Assembly: GCA_002842145.1 (NCBI GenBank)
Contig: PHCF01000006.1
Span: forward strand, 3,983-67,982
Source: Betaproteobacteria bacterium HGW-Betaproteobacteria-6
GTDB lineage: Bacteria; Pseudomonadota; Gammaproteobacteria; Burkholderiales; Rhodocyclaceae
Reading direction: 5' to 3'
Length of the DNA: 64,000 bases
Shown: piece by piece, positions 18,934-27,420 of the stretch
Layout: every line of letters starts with the position of its first letter
Numbering within the stretch: position 1 is the first letter of the stretch
Notes under the pieces: generated by a model
Told to the model about the DNA's origin: nothing
What the model saw: the letters and a program-made list of their open reading frames with translations, nothing else
Database searches by the model: none
Position numbers and translations under genes: made by a program

Positions 18934-19740
18934 CTACGTGCTTCGCGCGAGAATGGCTTCCGCCTTGAGGACGACCGGCCGATCCACCATTTTGCCGTCA
19001 AGCTGAACTGCGCCGGATGCGCTTGCGGCGGCCGCCAGAACTCTGTTGGCCCAAAGCACTTCCTGCTCGGTTGGCCGGCTCAGTTGCTCGATCAATGCGA
19101 CCTGCTTCGGATGAATACACATCTTTGCCGTGCAACCGAAGGCTCGGGCAAAGGCGTAATCCGCTTCGGTCCGGCTGAGGTCGTCGATATTGGGCGTGAC
19201 CCCGGCAATCGGCGGCGCCAGTTCGGCTGACCGGGAGGCGATGGCAATCTTGCTGTAGGGGTAAATCAGGCCGCGCTCGTCGCCCGAGAGGCTGAGATCG
19301 GCGGCGTAATCGAGCGTGCCGAAGGCTATGCGTTGAACGCCATTGGCCAGGGCGATTTGTTCAACGTTATTGACGCCGCGTGCCGTTTCCACCAGCGGCA
19401 GGACAGCCAGATCGCTGCACGTTGCGGCAATCGTCATCGCCACTTGCCCGGCGAATTCCGTCTTCGGCAACATAACCTGTTTGATGCCGGCCGCTTTGAT
19501 CATTGCCAGATCGTCGGCAAACCACGGTGACAAAGCATCGTTGATGCGCACCACCAGCCGTTCTGGCGCCGCGTTGGCCGTCGCGACCCATTCGGCGATA
19601 GCCTGCCGAGCGCGCTCTTTGTCCTCCGGGGAAACGGCATCCTCAAGATCGAGGATGATCGCCCCTGCGCCGCTGGCCAGCGCCTTGGCAAAGCGTTCAG
19701 GACGATTGCCAGGAACAAAGAGGTAGCTGACGGGCAACAT
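18934..19740 (-). CDS. HpcH/HpaI-CitE family acyl-CoA lyase ((S)-citramalyl-CoA lyase, Ccl-like)
   Basis: SYLFVPGNRPERFAKALASGAGAIILDLEDAV is the CitE-like N-terminal motif. 1-nt TGATG overlap with the upstream CoA-transferase gene. Confidence 0.8.
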   Translation of the reverse strand: MLPVSYLFVPGNRPERFAKALASGAGAIILDLEDAVSPEDKERARQAIAEWVATANAAPERLVVRINDALSPWFADDLAMIKAAGIKQVMLPKTEFAGQVAMTIAATCSDLAVLPLVETARGVNNVEQIALANGVQRIAFGTLDYAADLSLSGDERGLIYPYSKIAIASRSAELAPPIAGVTPNIDDLSRTEADYAFARAFGCTAKMCIHPKQVALIEQLSRPTEQEVLWANRVLAAAASASGAVQLDGKMVDRPVVLKAEAILARST

Positions 19741-20921
19741 CAGATGGCTCCGGCAGCGCGCAGTTCGGCGATCGCCTCGCTGGAATAACCGAGGCCGGTC
19801 AGAATGGCGTCAGTATGCTGGCCGAGGGCAGGCACCGCATCCATACGCGGTTCACATTCGCTCCACGAACCCGGAGGTAACAGGGCCGGTACCTTGCCGA
19901 CTGCGGTGTCGACTTCGCGCCAGCGGTTTCGCCCCTTGAGTTGCGGGTGTGCCCAGACATCATGCATGTCATTGAGGTGGGCGTTGGCGATCTGTGCGGC
20001 CTCCAGTCGCTCGACGACCTGTTCTGCGGTCAACCCGGAAAAAGCCTCAATAATGAGTTTGCGCACTTCGTCCCGGGCGGCACTGCGCTTGGAGTTGGAC
20101 GAGAAGCGTTCTTCCTTGCTCAGTTCCGGACGGAGCAATACCTTTTCGCAGAAAGCCGCCCATTCGCGTTCGTTCTGCAAGCCAAGCATGACGCTCTTGC
20201 CATCGCCGGCCGGGAACGGGCCATACGGGTAGATCGTGGCATGGCTGGCGCCGGCCCGACGTGGTGGCGAAGCGCCGTCGATGGCGTAATAGAGCGGGTA
20301 GTTCATCCACTCCACCAAGCTTTCCAGCATCGAGATGTCGAGATGCTGGCCACGACCGGTGATCTGCTTTTGCAGCAGCGCTGCCAGGATATTGCTGTAG
20401 GCGTACATGCCGGCCGAAATATCGGCGATCGACGGACCAGCCTTCGACGGCTCATCCTCGGTACCCGTCACCGAAACGAAACCGGATTCGCTCTGGATCA
20501 GCAGGTCGTAAGCCTTTTTGTCGCGGTAGGGGCCATCGTTGCCGTAGCCGGAAATGTCGCAGACGATGATCTCCGGCTTGATTGCCGACAAGGCTTCGTA
20601 GGACAGACCGAGCCGGGCGGCGGCGCCGGGGGCCAGATTCTGAACCAGAATGTCGGCCTCTTCGGCAACCAGTCGCTGCAAAATCTTCTGGGCTTCCGGA
20701 TGCTTGACGTCGAGGGTCAGGCTTTCCTTGGAGCGATTGGTCCACACAAAGTGCGAGGCCAGACCATGCACGCGCTCATCGTAGCCGCGGGCGAAGTCGC
20801 CCACACCAGGGCGTTCGATCTTGATCACGCGAGCCCCGAGGTCAGCCAACTGACGCGTGGCGAACGGGCCGGCAATGGCGTGTTCCAGGGTGATGACGGT
20901 AATACCTTCCAACGGTCTCAT
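19740..20921 (-). CDS. Family III (CaiB/BaiF) CoA-transferase (succinyl-CoA:itaconate CoA-transferase, Ict-like)
   Basis: MRPLEGITVITLEHAIAGPFATRQLADLGARVIKIERPG is the family III signature N-terminus. Confidence 0.8.
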   Translation of the reverse strand: MRPLEGITVITLEHAIAGPFATRQLADLGARVIKIERPGVGDFARGYDERVHGLASHFVWTNRSKESLTLDVKHPEAQKILQRLVAEEADILVQNLAPGAAARLGLSYEALSAIKPEIIVCDISGYGNDGPYRDKKAYDLLIQSESGFVSVTGTEDEPSKAGPSIADISAGMYAYSNILAALLQKQITGRGQHLDISMLESLVEWMNYPLYYAIDGASPPRRAGASHATIYPYGPFPAGDGKSVMLGLQNEREWAAFCEKVLLRPELSKEERFSSNSKRSAARDEVRKLIIEAFSGLTAEQVVERLEAAQIANAHLNDMHDVWAHPQLKGRNRWREVDTAVGKVPALLPPGSWSECEPRMDAVPALGQHTDAILTGLGYSSEAIAELRAAGAI

Positions 20922-20931
20922 GCGGCTTTCC

Positions 20932-21777
20932 TTATTTCAGCACCACGGTGGCGTCCATGGTCAGCCAGCCTTCGTGGTCTTCCGCCCATAGATGGATGGT
21001 CTTGCCATCGGCCGAGGGCGTGCCATTGACGAAGAAATGATTGATGTCGAAAGTCGGCCGAATGGCGCGGAATTCGAACTTCGCCACCTCGGCATCCGGC
21101 ATCTGATGGCGGAGCAGATCGAGCAGCAGCGTGGCGATCATCGGGCCGTGCACAATCAGGCCGGGATAGCCTTCGACTTCGGTCACGTATTTGCGGTCGT
21201 AATGAATGCGGTGGCCGTTGAAAGTCAGCGCCGAGTAACGAAAGAGCAGAACGTCGTCCGGCACCCACTTGGTTCGCCAGACGGGATCCGGGTAGGTGGC
21301 CTTGGGCGGAGGTGCGACGTCGTTCGGACCGGCCGCCTCGCGATAGACGATGTCGTGGAACTCGGTCAGGGCGATGGCGCTTTCGCCGGCACGGCGCAGT
21401 TCGTGGCGGACCTTGACGAAAACCAGCGGACCGGTGCGGCCGCTCTTTTCGGTGACGTCATGGATGGTCGACGTACGGGTCACTGTTTCGCCGATATGCA
21501 GGGGAGCATGGAATTCGAACTGGCTACCCGCCCACATCCGGCGGGGCAACGGCACCGGCGGCAGGAAACCGCCACGCTTGGCATGGCCGTCAGGGCCGAT
21601 TTCGGATTGGCGGTGCATCGGCAGGAAATACAGCCAGTGCCACAGTGCCGGCAGCGGCGTGCCGTTGGCCGGGCGCTCGGCCGGGCGGTCGAAGGTAGCA
21701 GACAGCGCGGCGTAAGGGGTGGCCGTGAACAGGTCGGTGACTTCTTCCGAACGGCCGATCCATGTCTTGAGATTCAT
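20932..21777 (-). CDS. Double hot-dog MaoC/FAS1-like dehydratase (itaconyl-CoA / mesaconyl-C4-CoA hydratase-like)
   Basis: ATG 21777 preceded by AGGAG. MNLKTWIGRSEEVTDLF...ALWHWLYFLP...FNGHRIHYD...PGLIVHGP resembles the Pseudomonas-type Ich family. Confidence 0.7.
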   Translation of the reverse strand: MNLKTWIGRSEEVTDLFTATPYAALSATFDRPAERPANGTPLPALWHWLYFLPMHRQSEIGPDGHAKRGGFLPPVPLPRRMWAGSQFEFHAPLHIGETVTRTSTIHDVTEKSGRTGPLVFVKVRHELRRAGESAIALTEFHDIVYREAAGPNDVAPPPKATYPDPVWRTKWVPDDVLLFRYSALTFNGHRIHYDRKYVTEVEGYPGLIVHGPMIATLLLDLLRHQMPDAEVAKFEFRAIRPTFDINHFFVNGTPSADGKTIHLWAEDHEGWLTMDATVVLK

Positions 21778-21851
21778 TGAGGTGACTCCTGGATTCATCT
21801 TGTTTGCAAAGGCTTGAAAGCAGCGCCCTGTACCAGCGGCGCTGGAATATG

Positions 21852-23135
21852 TCAGAGCATGCCCAGGGAGCGGGGCAACCAGAGCGACAGGCCTGGCCAG
21901 TAGGTAACCAGACCAAGGAAACAAAGCATCGACAGCAACCATGGCCAGACGGCTACGGTCAGTTCGGTGATGCCCATTTTGGTGATGCCCGATGCGACGT
22001 AGAGATTCAGGCCAACTGGCGGGTGGCACATGCCGACTTCCATATTCACCACCATCAGGATGCCGAAGTGAATCGGATGAACACCGAGCGCCACGGCCAC
22101 CGGGAAAAGCAGGGGGGCGAAGATCAGGACAATGGAGGAAGGTTCCATGAAGTTGCCGGCCAACAGCAGGATGACATTGACTGCCAAAAGGAAGGTGATG
22201 ACGCCAAAGCCTTGGTTCAGCATCCAGTCGGCCAATGTCTGCGGTATGCCTTCATTGGTCATGATGAAGGAGAAAAGGACCGCATTGGTGATGATGTAGA
22301 GCAGCATCGCCGACATGTTGGCTGAATTGAGCAGCACCTTTGGCACGTCTTTCAGGCCCATATCCTTGTAAATGAATATTGCGCAGATAAAGGCGTAGAC
22401 CGCTGACATGGCCGCCGCTTCGGTCGGTGTAAAGATGCCGCTGTAAATGCCGCCCATCACGACAAAAATCAGCAACAGTCCCCAAACCGAGCCACGGAAA
22501 GCAACCCAGCGCTCCCCCCAGGATGCCTTTGGCTGACGTGGGTAATTGTATTTACGAGCGCGGTACCACGTGACGCCACCGAGGGTCAGTGCCAGGGCCA
22601 GCCCCGGAATAACCCCCGCCATGAAGAGTGCACCGACTGAGGTATTGGTTGCGACCGAGAACATCACCATACAGATCGACGGCGGGATCAGGATACCCAG
22701 CGCCCCAGACGTAGAGATAACGCCCGCCCCAAAACGATTGGGAAACCCGGCCTTGACCATGGCTGGCAAGAGGATCGAGCCGATCGCCACGACGGTCGCC
22801 GGACTGGATCCCGAAACAGCGGCAAACAGCGCACAAGCAACCACCCCAGCCAGACCCAGGCCGCCGTACCAGTGGCCGACCATCGCCGAGGCAAAGTTGA
22901 TCATTCGTTTCGCGACGCCACCGTGCGTCAGAAAGTTACCGGCCACGATAAAAAATGGAATAGCCATGATCTCGAACTTCTCAATGCCGGTGAAGAGCTT
23001 GAGGGCTACGGATTCAAGCGGCACATCGGTCATGCCGAACAAGAAGGTCATTACCGTCAGGCCGAGGGAAATCGATATCGGCATGCCGGTCAGCATGAGG
23101 ACGGCCAAGAGACCGAAAATTACAAGTGCGCTCAT
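21852..23135 (-). CDS. dctM: TRAP transporter large permease DctM
   Basis: 427 aa, 12+ TM helices. MSALVIFGLLAVLMLTGMPISISLGL is a typical DctM start. Overlaps the dctQ stop. Confidence 0.9.
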   Translation of the reverse strand: MSALVIFGLLAVLMLTGMPISISLGLTVMTFLFGMTDVPLESVALKLFTGIEKFEIMAIPFFIVAGNFLTHGGVAKRMINFASAMVGHWYGGLGLAGVVACALFAAVSGSSPATVVAIGSILLPAMVKAGFPNRFGAGVISTSGALGILIPPSICMVMFSVATNTSVGALFMAGVIPGLALALTLGGVTWYRARKYNYPRQPKASWGERWVAFRGSVWGLLLIFVVMGGIYSGIFTPTEAAAMSAVYAFICAIFIYKDMGLKDVPKVLLNSANMSAMLLYIITNAVLFSFIMTNEGIPQTLADWMLNQGFGVITFLLAVNVILLLAGNFMEPSSIVLIFAPLLFPVAVALGVHPIHFGILMVVNMEVGMCHPPVGLNLYVASGITKMGITELTVAVWPWLLSMLCFLGLVTYWPGLSLWLPRSLGML

Positions 23136-23872
23136 TTCGGTTCTCCTCCGAGATCTTCTTTGCGGCGTTCTTCTGCTACGGTTTCCTCGCTGATACGACG
23201 GTCATCGCCGATCATGACGTGCTTGGTGTCATGCGGATGCAGGTTGTCGTCCATCGAGTACACGTCGATATCCACCGGTAAGACTGCGTCCTCCAACCCA
23301 TCAACATGGCCGTGATCATGGTGGGGAAGTTCGCCCGTCCGAATGAACGAAACGCAGACCTGCAGGAAGCGGAAGCACATCAGCGATGAGCCAAGCGGAA
23401 CCGCGCTGTAAACCAACCAGGTTTGCCACTCAAGATCAGGCGTCGCTGGCCCTTCGATAAGGCCGTCAAGACTCAGGCCAAAGAAATGGCGTAAACCGTA
23501 ATTTGCCCCGTTTTCCCAGACAAAGTGGCCGCCCATATAAGCCACAATGCCAGTAAATAAAGCGCCGGCCAGCAGGCCGAAGACAATGAACTTGGAGCGA
23601 AGCGTATCGCTCATGCGATTGATCAATACATCAACGCCGACGTGGATGCCGGTACGGACGCCATAAGCGGCACCGAATTTGGCCATCCAGACAAAGAGAA
23701 TGATGGTCAGTTCCTGGGCCCAGCTCATGTCGAGGGAAAGCAGCCAGTCCTGTAAAACCGGAATGGCGTAGCCAGACATATAGCGATGAATGACAGCGGC
23801 AAAAGTGACGAGTGTCGCCACGCCAATCAGCAGTGTGATAATCAGCTCTTCCAACCGATCAAGTATTCTCAT
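23132..23872 (-). CDS. dctQ: TRAP transporter small permease DctQ with a roughly 65-aa His/Asp/Glu-rich C-terminal tail
   Basis: ATG 23872 preceded by GAGGA. Four TM helices, then ...GELPHHDHGHVDGLEDAVLPVDIDVYSMDDNLHPHDTKH...EERRKEDLGGEPK. Confidence 0.8.
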   Translation of the reverse strand: MRILDRLEELIITLLIGVATLVTFAAVIHRYMSGYAIPVLQDWLLSLDMSWAQELTIILFVWMAKFGAAYGVRTGIHVGVDVLINRMSDTLRSKFIVFGLLAGALFTGIVAYMGGHFVWENGANYGLRHFFGLSLDGLIEGPATPDLEWQTWLVYSAVPLGSSLMCFRFLQVCVSFIRTGELPHHDHGHVDGLEDAVLPVDIDVYSMDDNLHPHDTKHVMIGDDRRISEETVAEERRKEDLGGEPK

Positions 23873-23937
23873 GTTTTCCTCACTGAGAAATGATTGGGCT
23901 GGCATTACGCGCTTGCAATGCCAGCCAATGGTTCTGG

Positions 23938-24933
23938 TTACTTGGTCTGGCCGGTTTCCTCGCGGATTGCGGCAATCAAATCCTTGCCGACGCGCGGGGA
24001 CAGCTCATTTTGGACACCGATCATGGCATTAACCCAGAGCGCCTTTTCTGCAGCGGTCGGTGTGTAGATCGTTGTTTTTCCCGAAGCCTTCATGGCAGCC
24101 ACAGCCTTTGCTTCGTCTTCCTCGGCGACCTTGTCGTTATAGGCTGTCGAATCTTCGATCGCGCCCTTGACCGCCGTCTTGATATCGGCCGGAAGCTTGT
24201 CCCAGAACGCCTTGTTAATGACGACAACATAGCCGCTGTAGGTGTGACGCGTTAGCGTCACATGCTTTTGCACTTCGTATTGCTTCTGGGTATAGAGATT
24301 GGCCAGATTTCCATCGGCGCCGTCAACGACCCCGGTCTGCAGCGCTTGGTAGACTTCCGAGAAAGCCATCGTTTGCGGGATAGCACCAATTGACCTGATG
24401 ATGGCCTGATTGACTTTCGATGAATTGATACGGATTTTTTGACCCTTGGCATCATCCGGCACATGCATCGGCTTGTTCGAACTCAGCACCCGGAAACCCG
24501 CATCCCAATAAGTCAAACCAATCATGCCGCGAGGCTCGAGTTTTTTCAGAAGCGAGGCACCAATCGGCCCGCGTGTCACACGATGCAGTGCCGCCTCGTC
24601 CGGGAAAATATAGGGCAGGTCAAAAGCCTCAAATTCCTTGACGCCCAGGGGACCAAATTTCCCCGCGACCGGTGCCAGCATCTGGACGCTTCCCAATTGC
24701 AAGGCTTCCAACTCTTCCTTGTCTTTGTAAAGGGTGGAGTTGGCAAACACCTCGACCTTGACTCGGCCATTGGTGCGCTTTTCTAGCTGCTGTTTGAAGT
24801 ATTCGGCCGCTTGGCCTTTTGGCGTGTCGATCGCGGCAACATGCGAAAATTTGATGACAATGGGTTCCTGGGCATAGGCAAAGCCTGACAGGGCAATGCC
24901 AAGAGCAGCGGTAAGTGTAAGAATCGGTTTCAT
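23938..24933 (-). CDS. dctP: TRAP transporter substrate-binding protein DctP
   Basis: Signal peptide MKPILTLTAALGIALSGFAYA followed by the DctP-family fold (KFSHVAA.DTPKGQAAEYF...). Confidence 0.9.
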   Translation of the reverse strand: MKPILTLTAALGIALSGFAYAQEPIVIKFSHVAAIDTPKGQAAEYFKQQLEKRTNGRVKVEVFANSTLYKDKEELEALQLGSVQMLAPVAGKFGPLGVKEFEAFDLPYIFPDEAALHRVTRGPIGASLLKKLEPRGMIGLTYWDAGFRVLSSNKPMHVPDDAKGQKIRINSSKVNQAIIRSIGAIPQTMAFSEVYQALQTGVVDGADGNLANLYTQKQYEVQKHVTLTRHTYSGYVVVINKAFWDKLPADIKTAVKGAIEDSTAYNDKVAEEDEAKAVAAMKASGKTTIYTPTAAEKALWVNAMIGVQNELSPRVGKDLIAAIREETGQTK

Positions 24934-24998
24934 GTGGTGTCTCCTCTATTTTGAAAAACGGTACCGGAAAGGCCGGCCGCATCATTGGTGCAATCAGG

Positions 24999-26105
24999 TC
25001 AAGACAAGATTGCTTCTTGAATCAATCCAAGGCAGTGGTCAGCAATAAATACGTCGCCGACCAGCAATGGACGAGCTGAGGTCAGTAGCGCAGCGCCGAC
25101 CAGTTTTGGAATCCCCGTCCATGGATCGGGGGACGAGATGATGTTGCAAGCCATTTTGCCGCTGGGGTGTTCAATCACGATTTGGTGCGGCGTGTTTTGA
25201 TTAAGGACTGAAATCTCTTCAGCAATTGTGTCCGGGGTTTGGCACGCTGCGGCCAAAGCCATCGCGCCGGTGGCCGCGAAAACGGGGTGGCAGTTCGATG
25301 GAACAAAATAACGCGAGGCAATGGCACCGCCTTCACGTGGCGGCGCAATGATGGCGATCTTCGGAATGCCAAGGCCTGGCGCATCCGAGAGTCCCATCAA
25401 GCGCGCACCGGCACAACGTATCTCTTCAAGCGCCTTCAGAAAAACTGGATCATCGTCAAGCTCTTGCTTGCTCTCGTAACCTGTTTTTCCAAACGACTTG
25501 GCGTTGACCAGCACGATGGGAATGGCGAAATCCATGCAAGTCACCGGAATACCGAGAATGACGTCGCGCGGCGAACCAGTCGGTAGCAAACGACCCGTTT
25601 TTGTCCCAGTAGGGTCAAAAAATTGCAATCCGATTGGGGCGCATTTGTGGGGCACGCCGTCCACAGCAAAGTTGCCGCTGTACGTGACCTTGCCACCCGG
25701 CGTTTGAACCGTCGCTTCGACGATTTTCTGGCTATTGGTGTTGAGAATTCTGACCTTTGTAACCGGACTGGATGCTTTAACAAGGCCATATTCAATGGCG
25801 AATGGAGCGACGCCGGCCAGCATGTTGCCACTATTTGGCAGAACGTCCACCAGATCACGGGCCACCGAAACTTGAGCAAACAGATATTCGACATCAGCGT
25901 CGGGTTGTGACGACGGCGCTACAATTACAACTTTGCTGCTGTGATCGTTACCGCCTCCCATGCCATCAATTTGCCGGGCATCAGGCGACCCCATGGCAGC
26001 GAGGAGCATGCGATCACGATCCGCCGGGTTGGATGGCAAATCCTTCGCGAAGAAGAACAGGCCTTTCGACGAACCACCTCGCATCAGAACGCAGGGAATG
26101 CGCAA
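24999..26105 (-). CDS. PrpF-family isomerase, copy 2
   Basis: Paralogue of 10374-11468 (RIPCVLMRGGSSKGLFFFAKDLPSNPADRDRMLLAAMGSPD...NSGNMLAGVAPFA). Best start is TTG 26105, 6 nt after GAGGAG. The track ORF N-terminus is rejected. Confidence 0.8.
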   Translation of the reverse strand: MRIPCVLMRGGSSKGLFFFAKDLPSNPADRDRMLLAAMGSPDARQIDGMGGGNDHSSKVVIVAPSSQPDADVEYLFAQVSVARDLVDVLPNSGNMLAGVAPFAIEYGLVKASSPVTKVRILNTNSQKIVEATVQTPGGKVTYSGNFAVDGVPHKCAPIGLQFFDPTGTKTGRLLPTGSPRDVILGIPVTCMDFAIPIVLVNAKSFGKTGYESKQELDDDPVFLKALEEIRCAGARLMGLSDAPGLGIPKIAIIAPPREGGAIASRYFVPSNCHPVFAATGAMALAAACQTPDTIAEEISVLNQNTPHQIVIEHPSGKMACNIISSPDPWTGIPKLVGAALLTSARPLLVGDVFIADHCLGLIQEAILS

Positions 26106-26175
26106 CTTTGTCTCCTCATTGGTTTTAACGTTTTCTTGAATTGAATAATAGGCAATTCGTCGCTTGACTTGAAAT

Positions 26176-26198
26176 GCAATAAATTTCAGATTTATTGC
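26176..26198. promoter_or_regulatory. Perfect 9-bp inverted repeat GCAATAAAT-N5-ATTTATTGC in the divergent PrpF-2/LysR promoter region
   Basis: Seen directly. Lies between the TTG of PrpF-2 (26105) and the ATG of LysR (26306). Its core is shared with 10311-10329. Confidence 0.4.
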
Positions 26199-26305
26199 GA
26201 TGTGCGCATATATCAAGAGCGTACAATCGGGGTGGTCGGCGCAATAGCGCCAGACATAAAAAGCCATTGCCAGTTACCGATGGCTGTTTCACGGAGAGAA
26301 GACGG

Positions 26306-27247
26306 ATGAAGATCGACTTCGATGGAATTCAGGCGTTTGTGGTGATCGCGGAATTAGGTGGCTTTAACAAGGCTGCCGAGCATCTTCATGTCACCCAAAC
26401 CGCATTGACTCGCCGGATACAAAAACTCGAGGCTTATCTTGATTTGAAGCTTCTCGACCGTACAACTCGGTACGTTGAATTGACGGCAGTGGGACGCGAA
26501 TTTCTGCCGCAAGCCAGGGCAATCGTCGGAGAGATGACGGCTGCAGTGAGTCGCCTCAAAGACATGTCAAAAAATTCCAGGGGTAATTTCACGCTCGCCT
26601 GTGTGCCCACGATGGCGGGCCAAATCCTGCCGAAGCTGATGCGTGAATATGCCAATACTTGTCCACGAAACAGGATTCGCCTGCTCGATGCCACTTCATA
26701 CGAAGTACGAGATGCTGTACTCAACAGTCAGGCCGAGCTAGGCATCGGAATTCATGGAGAGCAGCATCCGGATCTGAACGAAACGCCTTTGTTCGATGAT
26801 CCACTGATGTTTTTTTGCCGCGAATCAAATCCACTGAGCGACAGGGAGTCAGTAACTTGGTCTGACATGAGCGGGGCCGATCTCATCGTCGTCAGCAATC
26901 TGACTGCCACCCGAGTTTTCATGGACTATCAACTCGCCAAGCGCGGAATCAGCCTGAGTGGTGCTTATGAAGTCCAGCACCATGCCACAGCGATCAGCCT
27001 GGTTGCAGCTGGGGTCGGTTGTGCCATTCTTCCGGCATCAACGTTCCAGGAAGGCGATAGACCTGGCGTTCGCAGAATCCCGTTGATCAGTCCGGTTGTA
27101 AAACGCAAGGTCATCCTGATCACAAGAAAGAACAATACCCTCTCGCCAGCAGCAGAGGCATTTTTCGAATTAATCAAGAAAACGCATTTCGGCCTCACTG
27201 CGCCAACCGGAATACGGGCTACCCGAGATGGCCTTTTCGACGAGTAG
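26306..27247 (+). CDS. LysR-family transcriptional regulator (divergent from the catabolic array)
   Basis: MKIDFDGIQAFVVIAELGGFNKAAEHLHVTQTALTRRIQKLE wHTH plus an effector domain. Confidence 0.85.
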   Translation: MKIDFDGIQAFVVIAELGGFNKAAEHLHVTQTALTRRIQKLEAYLDLKLLDRTTRYVELTAVGREFLPQARAIVGEMTAAVSRLKDMSKNSRGNFTLACVPTMAGQILPKLMREYANTCPRNRIRLLDATSYEVRDAVLNSQAELGIGIHGEQHPDLNETPLFDDPLMFFCRESNPLSDRESVTWSDMSGADLIVVSNLTATRVFMDYQLAKRGISLSGAYEVQHHATAISLVAAGVGCAILPASTFQEGDRPGVRRIPLISPVVKRKVILITRKNNTLSPAAEAFFELIKKTHFGLTAPTGIRATRDGLFDE

Positions 27248-27420
27248 ACAATCGCATTGATCGACCCAGGTTGCTGCTGCTTAAGAAAAAACCGAGCACA
27301 AGGTCGCTTACTGCCAATAGCCGAGTGCTTCCTGGTAGCGTCGGCTCACCATGAGCTTGGAATGCTGGCTATCTGATCCATCAAATGTCTGCTCAAGGAG
27401 TGCATGTAACCTCGTCATTG

